A DNA stretch of 64,000 bases from contig JACPBQ010000004.1 in the NCBI GenBank assembly GCA_016180235.1, positions 34,940 to 98,939 of the forward strand, written 5' to 3'. The notes beneath the pieces are model-generated. The model was not told the DNA's origin. It searched no databases and saw only the letters and a program-made list of their open reading frames with translations. The stretch comes from Candidatus Woesearchaeota archaeon (lineage in GTDB: Archaea > Nanobdellota > Nanobdellia > Woesearchaeales > GW2011-AR4). The translations under genes were made by a program, and so were the position numbers. Of the stretch, positions 1 through 11,136 are shown in pieces. Positions within the stretch are counted from its first letter, which is position 1; each line of letters starts with the position of its first letter.

Positions 1-2253
1 TTCCTGCATCTGCTTGGCCCTTGCCGAGCTTAATGCGCCTCTCATGTCCTCATACGTCTTTTCTATTTCCTTGTCAACTGACGGGGGCACTTTTTCCATG
101 GCTTTCTCGAAATGCTTCAGAGCTATTTCCTTTGCATCCATGCTTTCCCTCAAAGCAAATATGGCTGCCTCCCTGCAGATAGCCTCTATGTCTGCCCCGA
201 CATAGCCTTCTGTTTTTTTCGCAAGTTCTTCAAGCTTTACATTCTTGAGGGGCATTCCTTTTGTATGGACCCTGAATATCTCCAACCTTGTCTTTTCCTC
301 GGGAACCGGAGTCAGAATAATGCGGTCGAACCTTCCCGGCCTCAGCAAGGCAGTATCAACAATATCCGGGCGATTGGTTGCTGCAATTATGACAACATCG
401 TGCATTTCCTCCAAGCCGTCTATTTCAGTAAGCATCTGGTTGACAACCCTTTCCGAAACATGGCTGTCGGAATTGGCGCCTCTTTTTGGAGCCAAGCTAT
501 CAAGCTCGTCAAAGAATATTATGCATGGGCTGACTTGTCTGGCTTTCTTGAAAACTTCCCTAACCGCTTTTTCGCTTTCCCCCACCCATTTGGACAATAA
601 TTCAGGGCCTTTGACAAGGATAAAATTCGCCTGGCTTTCATTCGCTACGGCTTTTGCCAGCAGGGTTTTTCCTGTACCAGGAGCGCCATAAAGCAAAATT
701 CCTTTTGGCGGCTTGACTCCCAAGCGCCTGAATGACTCTGGATGCTTCAATGGCCATTCAACAGCCTCTATAAGTTCCTGCTTTACCTCGTCCAAGCCCC
801 CTATGCTCTCCCATTTTACATTTGGCACCTCTACCAAGACCTCCCTTAATGCAGAAGGCCTTACCATCTTCAAGGCTTCCTTGAAATCTTTCTGGTTTAT
901 CCTTAACTTTTCAAGAATATCTTTTGGGATTGGCTGCTCTTCCTGCAGCCTTAGATCAGGCAAAATCCTCCTGAGGACAATCATGGCAGCCTCTTTTGCC
1001 AAAGAAGAAACATCAGCTCCTACAAAACCGTGGGTTATGGCTGCAAGCTCCTTAAGGTTAACATTTTTTGAAAGCGGCATATTCCTTGTATGAATTTTTA
1101 AAATGTTTAATCTTCCTTCTTTTCCAGGAACGCCAATCTCTATTTCCCTGTCGAACCTTCCCGGCCTTCTTAATGCAGAATCAAGTATGTTAGGGACATT
1201 GGTAGCGGCAATAACAACAACTTTTCCACGGCTTTGCAGCCCGTCCATCAAAGCAAGAAGCTGTGCTACGACTCTTCTTTCAACTTCTCCCCTCGTCTCT
1301 TCCCTTTTTGAGGCTATTGCATCTATCTCGTCAATAAAAACAATGGAAGGCGCGTTTTTCTGGGCCTCTTCAAACTTTTTACGAAGGTTCTCTTCAGACT
1401 GGCCATAATATTTGCTCATGATTTCAGGGCCATTAATCAGGATGAAATGAGAATTTGTCTCATTGGCAACAGCTTTTGCCAGAAGAGTCTTTCCTGTTCC
1501 CGGAGGGCCGTGCAATAAAACTCCTTTCGGGGCCTCTATTCCCAAACGCTCAAAAATCTCAGGGTGCTTCAGTGGCAGCTCCACCATCTCCCTTATCTTC
1601 TTTATCTCATCTTCAAGGCCGCCAATGTCCTCATAGGTGACTTCCGGCACTAATTCTTCCTTTACCTCCACAGCTTCAGGATTGAATACAACTTCAGTCT
1701 GCTCTGTGATGATAATCGGCTGCTTTGGATTTGTGTCTACAACAATAAATTTAATGTCTGAAAAACCGAATCCCATCATGCTCTCGTCAAGTATGTTAAA
1801 AACATCCTCAAAGAAAGGATTGTCCATGGTTGTTGACCTTCTCCTTCTGGTACCGCCAAGAGAGACTATGTCTCCTTTTGTCAAGGCCCTTCCAAGCAGT
1901 CCCTGCTTGAAGATTTCCGGGCTCGCACGGATAACAATGCCTTTTCTTGCGGGCGCGATTATGACTTTTTTCCCTTCCTTGACATTCGCTTTCCTTACCA
2001 GCACCATCTCCCCGATGCCAGTCTTGGAATTCTTTCTTATTATCCCATCCATCCTCACTATGTTCAATCCTATGTCTCCGGGATAAGCCCTGTCTGCTAT
2101 AGCCACAGTCTTTCTTTCCCCTTCCAGTTCCACGATGTCTCCGGGCCTTATGCCAACTTCGTTAAGGAAAGAACTATCTATGCGGACTATGCCCTTGTTT
2201 ACATCGTCCTGTATCGCTTCCGCAACCTTCAGCTTTATTTCTTTGTCTGGCAT
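1..2253 (-). CDS. cdc48: CDC48/VCP family AAA+ ATPase (3' end beyond window edge)
   Basis: Manual minus-strand translation from ATG at 2253: [26 protein letters not shown]...; [26 protein letters not shown], second Walker [22 protein letters not shown]. Absent from the ORF track because it runs off the edge. Confidence 0.96.
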   Translation of the reverse strand, partial: MPDKEIKLKVAEAIQDDVNKGIVRIDSSFLNEVGIRPGDIVELEGERKTVAIADRAYPGDIGLNIVRMDGIIRKNSKTGIGEMVLVRKANVKEGKKVIIAPARKGIVIRASPEIFKQGLLGRALTKGDIVSLGGTRRRRSTTMDNPFFEDVFNILDESMMGFGFSDIKFIVVDTNPKQPIIITEQTEVVFNPEAVEVKEELVPEVTYEDIGGLEDEIKKIREMVELPLKHPEIFERLGIEAPKGVLLHGPPGTGKTLLAKAVANETNSHFILINGPEIMSKYYGQSEENLRKKFEEAQKNAPSIVFIDEIDAIASKREETRGEVERRVVAQLLALMDGLQSRGKVVVIAATNVPNILDSALRRPGRFDREIEIGVPGKEGRLNILKIHTRNMPLSKNVNLKELAAITHGFVGADVSSLAKEAAMIVLRRILPDLRLQEEQPIPKDILEKLRINQKDFKEALKMVRPSALREVLVEVPNVKWESIGGLDEVKQELIEAVEWPLKHPESFRRLGVKPPKGILLYGAPGTGKTLLAKAVANESQANFILVKGPELLSKWVGESEKAVREVFKKARQVSPCIIFFDELDSLAPKRGANSDSHVSERVVNQMLTEIDGLEEMHDVVIIAATNRPDIVDTALLRPGRFDRIILTPVPEEKTRLEIFRVHTKGMPLKNVKLEELAKKTEGYVGADIEAICREAAIFALRESMDAKEIALKHFEKAMEKVPPSVDKEIEKTYEDMRGALSSARAKQMQE

Positions 2254-2306
2254 TTTGCACTACCCAATAATGATGTTTGTTTTATAAAAGTTGTGGAAAT
2301 CAAGAA

Positions 2307-2726
2307 CTACGCCTTTTTCTGCTCAACCTGCACTTTCGGCAGCAGGATTGGAGGCGGCAAATTTACGTCCTGGCTCAGTATCAAAGCCTGAACATTAGAC
2401 CTGTTAAGGATTGTGTTCAAAATGCCGGTCATTATGTCCTTTGGAAGCTTTTTGTCTTTTTTCCAGTCATCCAGGATTTGCTTTACTTTTTTCGAGTCAT
2501 CCATATAAAGGACATCCCCAACAAGCTTTATTGAGCCCACTTTTGGCTCATATGTTGATGTAAATTCAAATGTGAAACGAAGAACTTTCTGCTTTTCATT
2601 GCCCAGGGAAAGGTCTTTCTCCCCAACATCGGTTACAGCGACATTGTTATTTATGTTTATCTTGCCTTTGCCGGCTTCCTTCTTTTCGGCTTCTATTTTT
2701 GTAAAATTGAATGAGACTATTGTCAT
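2307..2726 (-). CDS. Conserved archaeal hypothetical protein (possible SecB-like fold)
   Basis: 139-aa ORF co-oriented upstream of cdc48; MTIVSFNFTKI start and LPPPILLPKV C-terminal motif; fold is inference. Confidence 0.7.
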   Translation of the reverse strand: MTIVSFNFTKIEAEKKEAGKGKININNNVAVTDVGEKDLSLGNEKQKVLRFTFEFTSTYEPKVGSIKLVGDVLYMDDSKKVKQILDDWKKDKKLPKDIMTGILNTILNRSNVQALILSQDVNLPPPILLPKVQVEQKKA

Positions 2727-2853
2727 TTCAACAAATGCTATTTGCTAATCATATATAAAGATTGCGAAAAATTCAAAGATTGTGTTATATAAAACACGCA
2801 TACTGTAAAAGCAAAATTTTAAATAGTTTTTAAATTATCCTGAATGCATCAAA

Positions 2854-3853
2854 ATGCCCTTGAACAACCTGAGTTTGAAGCAGTTTTTGGAGATGGACAT
2901 TGGAGGCAATCTTGGCAGTGATTATGCCGTATTTCTGGGAGTATTTATTGGGTTAATTACAGCGCTTAAACTGTTTGAATTGTATGCGATACGCCTTCTC
3001 AAGAAGCTCTCAAAAAAGACCAAAACAGAAATCGATGACATAGTTATTGAATTTATTGGAAAGATAAACTGGAGGTTGTACATATTCATATCGCTTTATG
3101 CCTCCTTAAAGACATTGGCTTTGCACCCGCTGGCAGACAAATTACTGAATTACGCAGTGATAATTATCTTGGTTTATTATGGCGTAAGATTTGCCGGCAT
3201 AGTTATAGACTATTACACAGGCAGGCAGGTAAAAAGGACGCTGGCAGAAGATGAAAATGAGGACACTACCTTGGTGTCTGTGCTTGGCAGGATGGCCAAG
3301 GCCATCGTATGGATAGTTGCATTCCTACTCCTTCTTTCCAATTTTGGAGTTAACATAACTTCGTTAATTGCAGGGCTTGGCATTGGAGGCATTGCAATCG
3401 CATTTGCGCTGCAGAACATACTGCAGGACCTGTTTGCATCTTTTACAATTTACTTTGACAAGCCCTTCAAGAAAGGTGATTTTATAATAATAGGGCAGGA
3501 CATGGGCACCATAAAATATATAGGCTTAAAGAGCACTAGGATACAGACTTTGCAGGGCCAGGAGCTTATAGTTTCCAACAAGGAGCTTACCACCGCCAGA
3601 ATCAACAACTACAAGAGGATGGAAAAGCGCAGGATAATTCAAGAAAATAAAGCTTGCAGACCTTGACAGGGTGCATTTCAAGGAATTCGGGAATTTCAGC
3701 CTGAACTACGAAGTTGTTTATTATCTAAACTCCAGCGACTACAACAAGTACATGGACACGCAGCAGGAGATTAACTTTGCAGTCAAAAGGGAATTCGAGA
3801 AGCTTGGAATTGCAATGGCATTCCCTACTCAGGTAGTCTACGTCAAGAAATGA
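2854..3853 (+). pseudogene. mscS: MscS mechanosensitive channel split by an internal deletion and frameshift near 3640
   Basis: GLGIGGIAIAFALQNILQDLFAS...DKPFKKGDFI in 2854..3666. The C-terminal KKIKLADLDRVHFKEFGNFSLNYEVVYY...AFPTQ lies in another frame, and the segment normally following KRRI is missing. Confidence 0.8.
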
Positions 3854-4168
3854 GCTTAAAATAGCAGTAGCCGACACCGATAAGCTGCTCGGGGAAGCCT
3901 CATTTCAGAACTTCCTGCTGTTTATTTTTGTAGTTATACTTTCTGCAATTTTGGGCAATATTCTGAGGATTTTGATAGCCAGATGCAACTATCTTCCCAA
4001 CAAATTTGCCCCATAAAGCTTGAAGGAGCGATGCCATTTTATGAAAAAAGGGTGATTAGTCCTTATTTAAAACTTATAATTCTGATAACACAGATTCCGA
4101 TAACATCCCAAAATTTAAATATTAGTTGTCACAAGTTAATAGGAATAGAGTAATAAAGAGGTGATTGC

Positions 4169-4384
4169 GTGCCAACCAAACTAGAGTATAAGATTACAGG
4201 GCTGGTTGTCCTGGCTGTAGGGGCATTATTTTTTCTAAGGGATCTAGGAGTCAATTACATAGGGGATACAAGCGGCTGGACAATAATAATCGTGCTTGTC
4301 GGAGCGGGATTGCTGGCAGGAGATTTTGAATTGAACAGGATCAGGAACCAGAAAGCTTCAGCCAAAGAGCTCAAGAAAAAATAA
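4169..4384 (+). CDS. Small two-TM membrane protein
   Basis: GTG start after a GAGGTGA SD; two hydrophobic stretches and a basic tail. Confidence 0.7.
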   Translation: MPTKLEYKITGLVVLAVGALFFLRDLGVNYIGDTSGWTIIIVLVGAGLLAGDFELNRIRNQKASAKELKKK

Positions 4385-4385
4385 T

Positions 4386-6143
4386 TTATTTCTTTTTCTG
4401 CCCGTTGTAAAAAGACTCCATCATCTTTAAGGTAGATATATCTTCCGGACCACGATCTTCGCGGAGACCAATAACGCGGGGAAAGCGGAGCGCATAACCG
4501 CTGCTATATGTGGGACTTTTCTGTATTTCCTCATAGCCAACTTCTATGACAATTTTGGGCTTAATCGTAACTTCCTTGCCCTCTTCCCTTGCTATCAACG
4601 GCTTAATAAGGTCTGTCATTTCCGCAAAGCTAAGGCCTTCTTCCCTCTTCTCCTTAAGGCCGGTGCTTGCCTTGCCAACTTCAAGGAAGTTTCCCTTATT
4701 GTCAATGCAAGCAAGAGTATAGCTGCTGAGCCACTTTGACCTCTTTCCCTCGCCCCATTCTGCCTTTACTATCACCAAATCGAGGTTTTCCTTTGTGGGC
4801 TTTAATTTCACCATAAATCCCACCCTGGCCCCGGGCTTGTAAGGCGCATCAAGCTTTTTTATCATAAGGCCCTCATTGCCGGAGCTTATTGCTTCCCTGT
4901 AGAATTTTTCCACTTCATTTTTATCCGAGGTAGTTATGCTCTTTGCCAGGATTATCTTTTTCGGGGTATTTTTTATTATTTTTCTGAGTATATCTTTCCT
5001 TTCTTCAAAAGGCCTGCCGATAATGCTTTTTCCCCTGAAGTTTATTATGTCAAAGACATTCACTTCTACCGGCATCTCTTCCGACATTTTCTCTATGCCG
5101 TACTTCCTCTTTATTCTCTGGGATATGCTCTGGAAAGGCAGGTATTTTCCGGTTTTTTTGTTATAGCCCACTGCCTCAGAATCAAGAACAACTTTGCTTT
5201 CTTTGACATATTTTTCCACAGATTCAACAACCTCCGGGAACTGCGCCGTAATGTTTTCCAATCTTCTTGTGAATATTCTTATGTCATTGTCATTTTTGTG
5301 TATCTGCATCCTCATGCCATCGTACTTGAACTCAAACTCTGCAGGCTTCCCGCATCTTTCAAAGCCTTCGTCTATGCCGTCTACTTTCAAAGCAAGCATT
5401 ACTTTTAATGGAACTCCAATTTGCATCTCCATCTCTTCAAGGCCCCTTAATCCATGCTTTTTTGCGGTTTCTGCCACGGGAGCGAAGTCATTTGCTATGT
5501 TATATGCTTCCTGGACAGCATCAGCATATTCATTGTATCTTTCCCTGTCCTCAATCAGGACCTTATGCTCCTCTTTGAAGTATTTTACCTTAAGCTTATC
5601 GCCAAAAAACGCCCAGATTATAGCATCCCTTATGGTGCCTTCCCCGACACCTATGCGCATATCATTTAAGATTGTCCTTACTAGGTATTTAGCCTCATCC
5701 GGCTTTGCTGATGTAAGAAGCTCTGCAACAAGAGATATTTTTTTGTCCACAGAGCCAATTCCCCCTATAGCCGCAAGCTCCATGAGGTTTTTCAGGACTT
5801 TTTTTACAGTAAGGTCATGCGAGCCCAAAGTGGACTGCTTTTTCTTTTTTATCAGGTTATAGGAAACTGTCCCCAAATCACCTGTTTTCTTCCATTCAGA
5901 GTTTATTTTGCTTATCGGCTCCCCTGATGCAACGCTTATTGCCTTAAGCATTGTCTTGGCTGCTATCCCTACCTCTCGTTCATCCCACCGGGGAAAGATG
6001 CGGCCTTCCAGCAAAAGGATAGTGGTGCCTAAATCCTCAGCATCAACTTCTTTGAGAAATTTGGATAGGATATCAGTCTGCACAAGCCTCTTTGTTGTAG
6101 CATCAAGCTTCTCATAGATTTCAACAAGCCTTGAATAGTGCAT
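4386..6143 (-). CDS. lig: ATP-dependent DNA ligase
   Basis: EFKYDGMRMQIH (motif I), EGLMIK, ALRFPRVIGLREDR. Confidence 0.97.
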   Translation of the reverse strand: MHYSRLVEIYEKLDATTKRLVQTDILSKFLKEVDAEDLGTTILLLEGRIFPRWDEREVGIAAKTMLKAISVASGEPISKINSEWKKTGDLGTVSYNLIKKKKQSTLGSHDLTVKKVLKNLMELAAIGGIGSVDKKISLVAELLTSAKPDEAKYLVRTILNDMRIGVGEGTIRDAIIWAFFGDKLKVKYFKEEHKVLIEDRERYNEYADAVQEAYNIANDFAPVAETAKKHGLRGLEEMEMQIGVPLKVMLALKVDGIDEGFERCGKPAEFEFKYDGMRMQIHKNDNDIRIFTRRLENITAQFPEVVESVEKYVKESKVVLDSEAVGYNKKTGKYLPFQSISQRIKRKYGIEKMSEEMPVEVNVFDIINFRGKSIIGRPFEERKDILRKIIKNTPKKIILAKSITTSDKNEVEKFYREAISSGNEGLMIKKLDAPYKPGARVGFMVKLKPTKENLDLVIVKAEWGEGKRSKWLSSYTLACIDNKGNFLEVGKASTGLKEKREEGLSFAEMTDLIKPLIAREEGKEVTIKPKIVIEVGYEEIQKSPTYSSGYALRFPRVIGLREDRGPEDISTLKMMESFYNGQKKK

Positions 6144-6240
6144 AGAAAATTATAATAGCAGGAAGTTTAAAAATATGTCGATACAAGGATGCAAGGGAAG
6201 TATTTATAAATCAGGAAAAACTATACAAAGACATGCGCCA

Positions 6241-8796
6241 ATGAAAAAAACAGCAAAAGAAAAACCGGAAAAAAGCATCAAAAATTTCATAAGGAGAAAC
6301 AAGAAAACAGCAATAGCCATAGCTGCGGCTTTTTTGCTGATCCTGTCATTTTCCGGGTACAGGGCATGGTTAAATTTCCATTTTCTCACGACTGACGACC
6401 TTGTGCTGAATCTGGAGCCCGGGGACAAATCCCTTTCGATACACTATGGGGAAACGCCGAATGTGACTGTGAGCTTGGATATAGAGAACAGCTTCATGTG
6501 CAATGCGCTGTGCAGCTATGAGTTCAGGGATATCTCAAATGACATTGTGATAGACAAGGGGACATTCACAAGCAAGGGCATAGGCAAGAAATTCGATAAT
6601 CAGCTTGCCTTGTCTGCAGACCGTGCCGGAAGCGGCCAGAAGATATACACATTTGATGTCAAGTGCAACAATATAAGGACTTTCTATTGCCCGACAAACG
6701 AAGAAAAGAGGAAAAGATCGATTTTCATAACCCTAAACTATGATATCTCAGAATATGAGAAATTCCTTAAAGAGGCCCTCAAAGGCAGCATAACAAAAAT
6801 AGCTGAGGATTTAAACAAAATAGATATTGAGATACAGCAGCTGAACAACAGGTTCTTTGAGCTTGGGTTTAAGATTAACCTGAATGAGATAGAAGATGAC
6901 AAGGAAATATTAAATAACAACCATGATGCCACGGTCATTGAGCTCAAAAACATTGAGAGAATATGGCCGGAAGAGAATTATGTCATGATTTCAGAGCTTT
7001 TCAACAGAAGCTATGAAGAGAGGCTGCTCAATATTACAATGAGGATAAATGACATAGGAAACAGCATAAGCAGCATAATAAAAAGGCATAATTCCCTTGT
7101 GGATGCTGCCAACAATGCTGACGATGAATTAAGAAAATTAAATGACACCATTATTTTCCTGAACAGGGCAGACAAAAAGATGCTGGATCAGCACAAGCAG
7201 CTGCTGAACAGGACAAGCGCATTAAAAATTAAAATCAAGGAAAACAGCTTCCCGGGCTATGATTTTCTTGAGAATGAGAGCAGCAGCATAGTGCAGTCAA
7301 TGAAAGAATTCAGGGAAAAATCAAAAAATTTCTTTTCAGAGGTTTACCTTAAAGGGACATATTATGCCAGCATTGAGAAAGAAAAGCTTTGCGCCATCAA
7401 GGGGAACTGCAAGGATAAAACGGATTTTTCTGCGGCAATAATGAATTCCTTAGGCATTGACGATAATAAGCTAATCAGCATTTGCACATCCCTTGCCACG
7501 ATAAAAGAGAATTATAATGCTGAAAACAATAAATCCGATGCATTGCTTGATAATTATAATTTTGATGAGATTAAAGGCATACTGAATGATACTATAAGAG
7601 CAAAAACCATGATTGCGGGAAAAAATGTTTTTAACCAGGTAAATGGAATAAATGCGAGCAGTGAGCTGAATAACTCGCTGAATATACTGCTAAGCATAAG
7701 CAGGATTAATTTTACGGATGAAGATAGAGATTACGGCAATTTTACAGAAAGCGAAATACTTTCACTGATAAAAATGAATTTTTCAGAGGATTCGGAACTG
7801 TACTTTGGCAATAATTGCGCCCAGCCAAATGAGATGAATATTTCACAATATTACGGAGAGGAAATAAAGATTGATAAAGCAATAGATACGGAAGCAAAAA
7901 ACTTCACATCGAGGGCTGAAATAAAGCTTACGGAAAACTATCCTGTCTGCTGCGTCTTCGGAGAGTGCAAGAGATGCTGCACAAGCGATGAATGCAGGAA
8001 TGATGAGTCATTGTATCCTGTATTGTTCCTGCACGGGCATGCCCTGAACAGCGACAACAGCCCAGAGTACTCGCTGGATGCGTTCAACAAGATACAGGCC
8101 AAGCTGCAGGAAGACGGCTACATAAGCGCAGGAACCATAACACCGGTTTCAGATTATTCTGAGGTAAAAGAAGGTGAATGGGGGCTTTCGTCAAGGCCTT
8201 TAAGCGTTAAGGGAAGCTATTACCTTGTCAGCTACTATAACCTCGGCAGCTATGCCCTGACAACCCAAAAAAGCGAGAATATCGAAACTTATGCGATAAG
8301 GCTGAAGGAGCTCATTGACCTGCTTAAGTTCAGGACCGGAAAAGACAAAGTAATTATTGTAGCACATAGCATGGGCAGCCTTGTATCAAGGTCTTACCTG
8401 CAGATTTTCGGAGACGAAGATGTTGATAAATTAATCATGATTGCTGCCCCAAACAAAGGAATTTCAGGGAGCGTAAGCAACTACTGCCCGGTTTTAGGAG
8501 AGAAAAAAGAATGCCAGGACATGAATGAAGGCAGCATTTTCATGAAAAAGCTCAATGACCCGAATAAGATTCCGGGCAGCGCAAAAATCTACAACATAAT
8601 AGGGACTGGATGCAGCATGGACGGCACAACGGGAGATGGCATAGTCACAAGAGAGAATGCAGAGCTTGGCTATGCTGAGAATTTTTATGTCAATGGAACG
8701 TGCGAAGGAATTTCGGGAGTGATGCATACGCAAATACTGAATATTGACCAGTATCCCGAGGTTTATGAGGCTATCGGCTCTGTGCTGAGAAAATAA
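6241..8796 (+). CDS. Membrane-anchored protein with long helical stalk and C-terminal alpha/beta hydrolase (lipase/PGAP1-like)
   Basis: N-terminal basic region plus TM; PVLFLHGH, IVAHSMGSL nucleophile elbow, APNKG, GDGIV, MHT. The ORF track starts at 6175; ATG 6241 is preferred. Confidence 0.8.
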   Translation: MKKTAKEKPEKSIKNFIRRNKKTAIAIAAAFLLILSFSGYRAWLNFHFLTTDDLVLNLEPGDKSLSIHYGETPNVTVSLDIENSFMCNALCSYEFRDISNDIVIDKGTFTSKGIGKKFDNQLALSADRAGSGQKIYTFDVKCNNIRTFYCPTNEEKRKRSIFITLNYDISEYEKFLKEALKGSITKIAEDLNKIDIEIQQLNNRFFELGFKINLNEIEDDKEILNNNHDATVIELKNIERIWPEENYVMISELFNRSYEERLLNITMRINDIGNSISSIIKRHNSLVDAANNADDELRKLNDTIIFLNRADKKMLDQHKQLLNRTSALKIKIKENSFPGYDFLENESSSIVQSMKEFREKSKNFFSEVYLKGTYYASIEKEKLCAIKGNCKDKTDFSAAIMNSLGIDDNKLISICTSLATIKENYNAENNKSDALLDNYNFDEIKGILNDTIRAKTMIAGKNVFNQVNGINASSELNNSLNILLSISRINFTDEDRDYGNFTESEILSLIKMNFSEDSELYFGNNCAQPNEMNISQYYGEEIKIDKAIDTEAKNFTSRAEIKLTENYPVCCVFGECKRCCTSDECRNDESLYPVLFLHGHALNSDNSPEYSLDAFNKIQAKLQEDGYISAGTITPVSDYSEVKEGEWGLSSRPLSVKGSYYLVSYYNLGSYALTTQKSENIETYAIRLKELIDLLKFRTGKDKVIIVAHSMGSLVSRSYLQIFGDEDVDKLIMIAAPNKGISGSVSNYCPVLGEKKECQDMNEGSIFMKKLNDPNKIPGSAKIYNIIGTGCSMDGTTGDGIVTRENAELGYAENFYVNGTCEGISGVMHTQILNIDQYPEVYEAIGSVLRK

Positions 8797-8842
8797 GGGG
8801 CAAAACAATAAATTTATTAATTATCAACCAAAGGAATAGCAT

Positions 8843-9505
8843 ATGGATGTCTTTGAGGCCATAAGGACCAGGAGAAGCATAAGGAAGTACAAGGACAAGC
8901 AGGTTCCATGGGATAATGTTGTCACTATACTGCAAGCCGGAAAATATGCCCCTTCTGCCGGAAATCTGCAGAACTGGAAGTTCATTATCGTAAAAAACGA
9001 TGCAAAAAGGAAGGCAATCACAAAGGCATGCCTGCAGCAGGAATGGATGGAACAGGCACCTGTTTTCATCGTAGTTCTTGCCGAGCCGAAGAAAGCAGAA
9101 AGATTCTATGGCATAAGAGGATCAAGACTGTATACTTTGCAGGCATGCGCTGCCGCAATAGAGAACATGCTGCTGACTGCGCACAGCCTTGGATTGGGCA
9201 GCTGCTGGGTCGGAGCGTTTGACGAGCACGAAATATGGGCCATTTTAGGCCTGCCTGAGGAGATATCCGTGCAGGGAATCGTTACAATAGGATATGCAGA
9301 TGAAATTCCGCAAGCACCCCCGAAATTCAGGATAGAGCATGTGATGTTCTTTGAAAAATGGTGGGGCAGAATAGAATCCCCTAAAAGCCATCTCGGCTAC
9401 TGGAGCGCCTTCAACATGAAAACAGTCAATGAAGGAAAGAAATTAGCCAAGAAGATCCATAAGAAAGTCAAGGAGAATATCAATAAGAGACTAGCGAAGA
9501 AATAA
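8843..9505 (+). CDS. Nitroreductase family protein
   Basis: RRSIRKY, APSAGNLQNW, AHSLGLGSCWVGAF. Confidence 0.93.
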   Translation: MDVFEAIRTRRSIRKYKDKQVPWDNVVTILQAGKYAPSAGNLQNWKFIIVKNDAKRKAITKACLQQEWMEQAPVFIVVLAEPKKAERFYGIRGSRLYTLQACAAAIENMLLTAHSLGLGSCWVGAFDEHEIWAILGLPEEISVQGIVTIGYADEIPQAPPKFRIEHVMFFEKWWGRIESPKSHLGYWSAFNMKTVNEGKKLAKKIHKKVKENINKRLAKK

Positions 9506-9529
9506 ATTACTTTTTCTGCCTTAATTTAA

Positions 9530-9558
9530 AAAAAATAAAGAATCCCTCTTGCGAGGGA
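9530..9558 (-). terminator. Hairpin (GCAA loop on minus strand) followed by a T-tract, downstream of ftsZ
   Basis: Minus strand TCCCTC-GCAA-GAGGGA then TTCTTTATTTTTTT, between convergent genes. Confidence 0.5.
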
Positions 9559-9664
9559 CCAAATGCCTTCACACTTTAAAACGTTGGGGGTGGTTTTTTC
9601 AGCAATGAAGGCATAGAAAACTTACACCTGTTAAGGTGTCACCACAAAGACTAAAGGGTGAATG

Positions 9665-10744
9665 TCAGCTGTCTATGATTTCTATGCCCAGCTCTTCGCT
9701 TATCTGCGCTACCTCCGCACTTGTCTCCAATGCGCGCTGCTTTCCAAGTATCCATGGGCTTTTTACTCCGGTTACAATAGTCATCACTGTAAGCCTTCCG
9801 GCCATGTTATTATCTACGCGGGCTCCCCAGATTACATTTGCATCCGTATCGAGGCTTTCCGTAACAAGCTCTCCAACCTGGTTTATATCATCAAGAGTCA
9901 TGTCAGGGCCGCCAATGACATGTATCAAAGCGCCTGTCGCGCCCTTATAATTGATGTCCAGCAAAGGGTTCTGCAAAGCTCCCCTGACCGCTTCCTCTAC
10001 CCTGTTGGTCGTGTCGCTTGCGCCGACACCGATAGCTGCTACGCCGCCATTTGTCATTATTGCCTTTACATCGGCATAATCCAAATTCACCAAGCTCGGG
10101 ACAGCTATAGTTTCCACAATGCCTTTTATCATTGTTGCTACAAGCTCGTTGGCCACTGCAAATGCCTGCCCTATCGGCAAATTGCCAGCTATCTTTACAA
10201 GCCTGTTGTTATCGATGACAATGACTGTATCAGATACTTGCCTTAACTGCTGCAATCCGAATTCTGCCTTATCGACTCTTGCCCTTTCAATCTTGAACGG
10301 CATTGTCACGGTTCCTATGACAATTGCTCCTGTTGATTTTGCAACCTGCGCAACCACAGGAGCTCCTCCTGTTCCTGTGCCTCCGCCCATTCCCGCACAT
10401 ACAAATACCATGTCTGATCCTTTAAGGCACTCCTTTATTTCCTGCAAGGATTCTTTTGCAGCGTCTGCGCCTTTTTCAGGAAAGCCGCCGCAGCCCAGGC
10501 CTTTTGTTATAGTTTTGCCTGTAAGAAATTTCCTGTCCGCATTTATCATATCCAAATGCTGCTTGTCTGTGTTGCATGCTAAAATCTCAGCGCCTTTGAT
10601 TCCTTTGTTGTAGAGCCAGCCTACCATATTGTTTCCAGCTCCTCCAACCCCGATGACTTTTATGTTTGCCTGCCCTACTTCCAACCCATATGTTTCTTTA
10701 TTCTGCTCACTAGCCCTGATAGCGTTTTCCACCAAAAATTCCAT
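9665..10744 (-). CDS. ftsZ: Cell division protein FtsZ
   Basis: GVGGAGNN, GMGGGTGTG tubulin signature, NLDYADV; start MEFLVENA at 10744 preceded by a GGGGTG SD. Confidence 0.97.
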   Translation of the reverse strand: MEFLVENAIRASEQNKETYGLEVGQANIKVIGVGGAGNNMVGWLYNKGIKGAEILACNTDKQHLDMINADRKFLTGKTITKGLGCGGFPEKGADAAKESLQEIKECLKGSDMVFVCAGMGGGTGTGGAPVVAQVAKSTGAIVIGTVTMPFKIERARVDKAEFGLQQLRQVSDTVIVIDNNRLVKIAGNLPIGQAFAVANELVATMIKGIVETIAVPSLVNLDYADVKAIMTNGGVAAIGVGASDTTNRVEEAVRGALQNPLLDINYKGATGALIHVIGGPDMTLDDINQVGELVTESLDTDANVIWGARVDNNMAGRLTVMTIVTGVKSPWILGKQRALETSAEVAQISEELGIEIIDS

Positions 10745-11136
10745 TTTTTCACCCCTAAGTTGTGGTTTTTGAAATATATTTCCCAACATAAATAATAGAG
10801 TACCAAAATATTTATATTGGAATTGTTATATTCCCACTTCTAGAAAAAAGTTATTTGCGCCAACGAATAGCTTTTTTATAAAGATTTACATACTAAAAAA
10901 GGTTTTTACACCAAAAATACGCCAAACAAGCACGCTTTTCGCCAAAAAAGCTGCTTAAATTGAGCTTTTCGCCAAAAAAGACTCAATTAGGTTTTTCTTA
11001 ATTTATATTTAAACGTTAAAAGTCATATATAAATATTTCTGGGATGGAAAATATAGGTTTTAGTATAGTGGTTTGGATTGCCCTAAAAATCAAAACGATA
11101 GGTTTTTATATTTACTTTCCTGTTTTAGAGAATACA

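Noticed and set aside
14-2086. Several plus-strand ORFs
   Set aside because: Shadows of minus-strand cdc48.
3630-3680. Programmed frameshift in mscS
   Set aside because: A conserved protein segment is missing outright, so a frameshift alone would not restore the channel.
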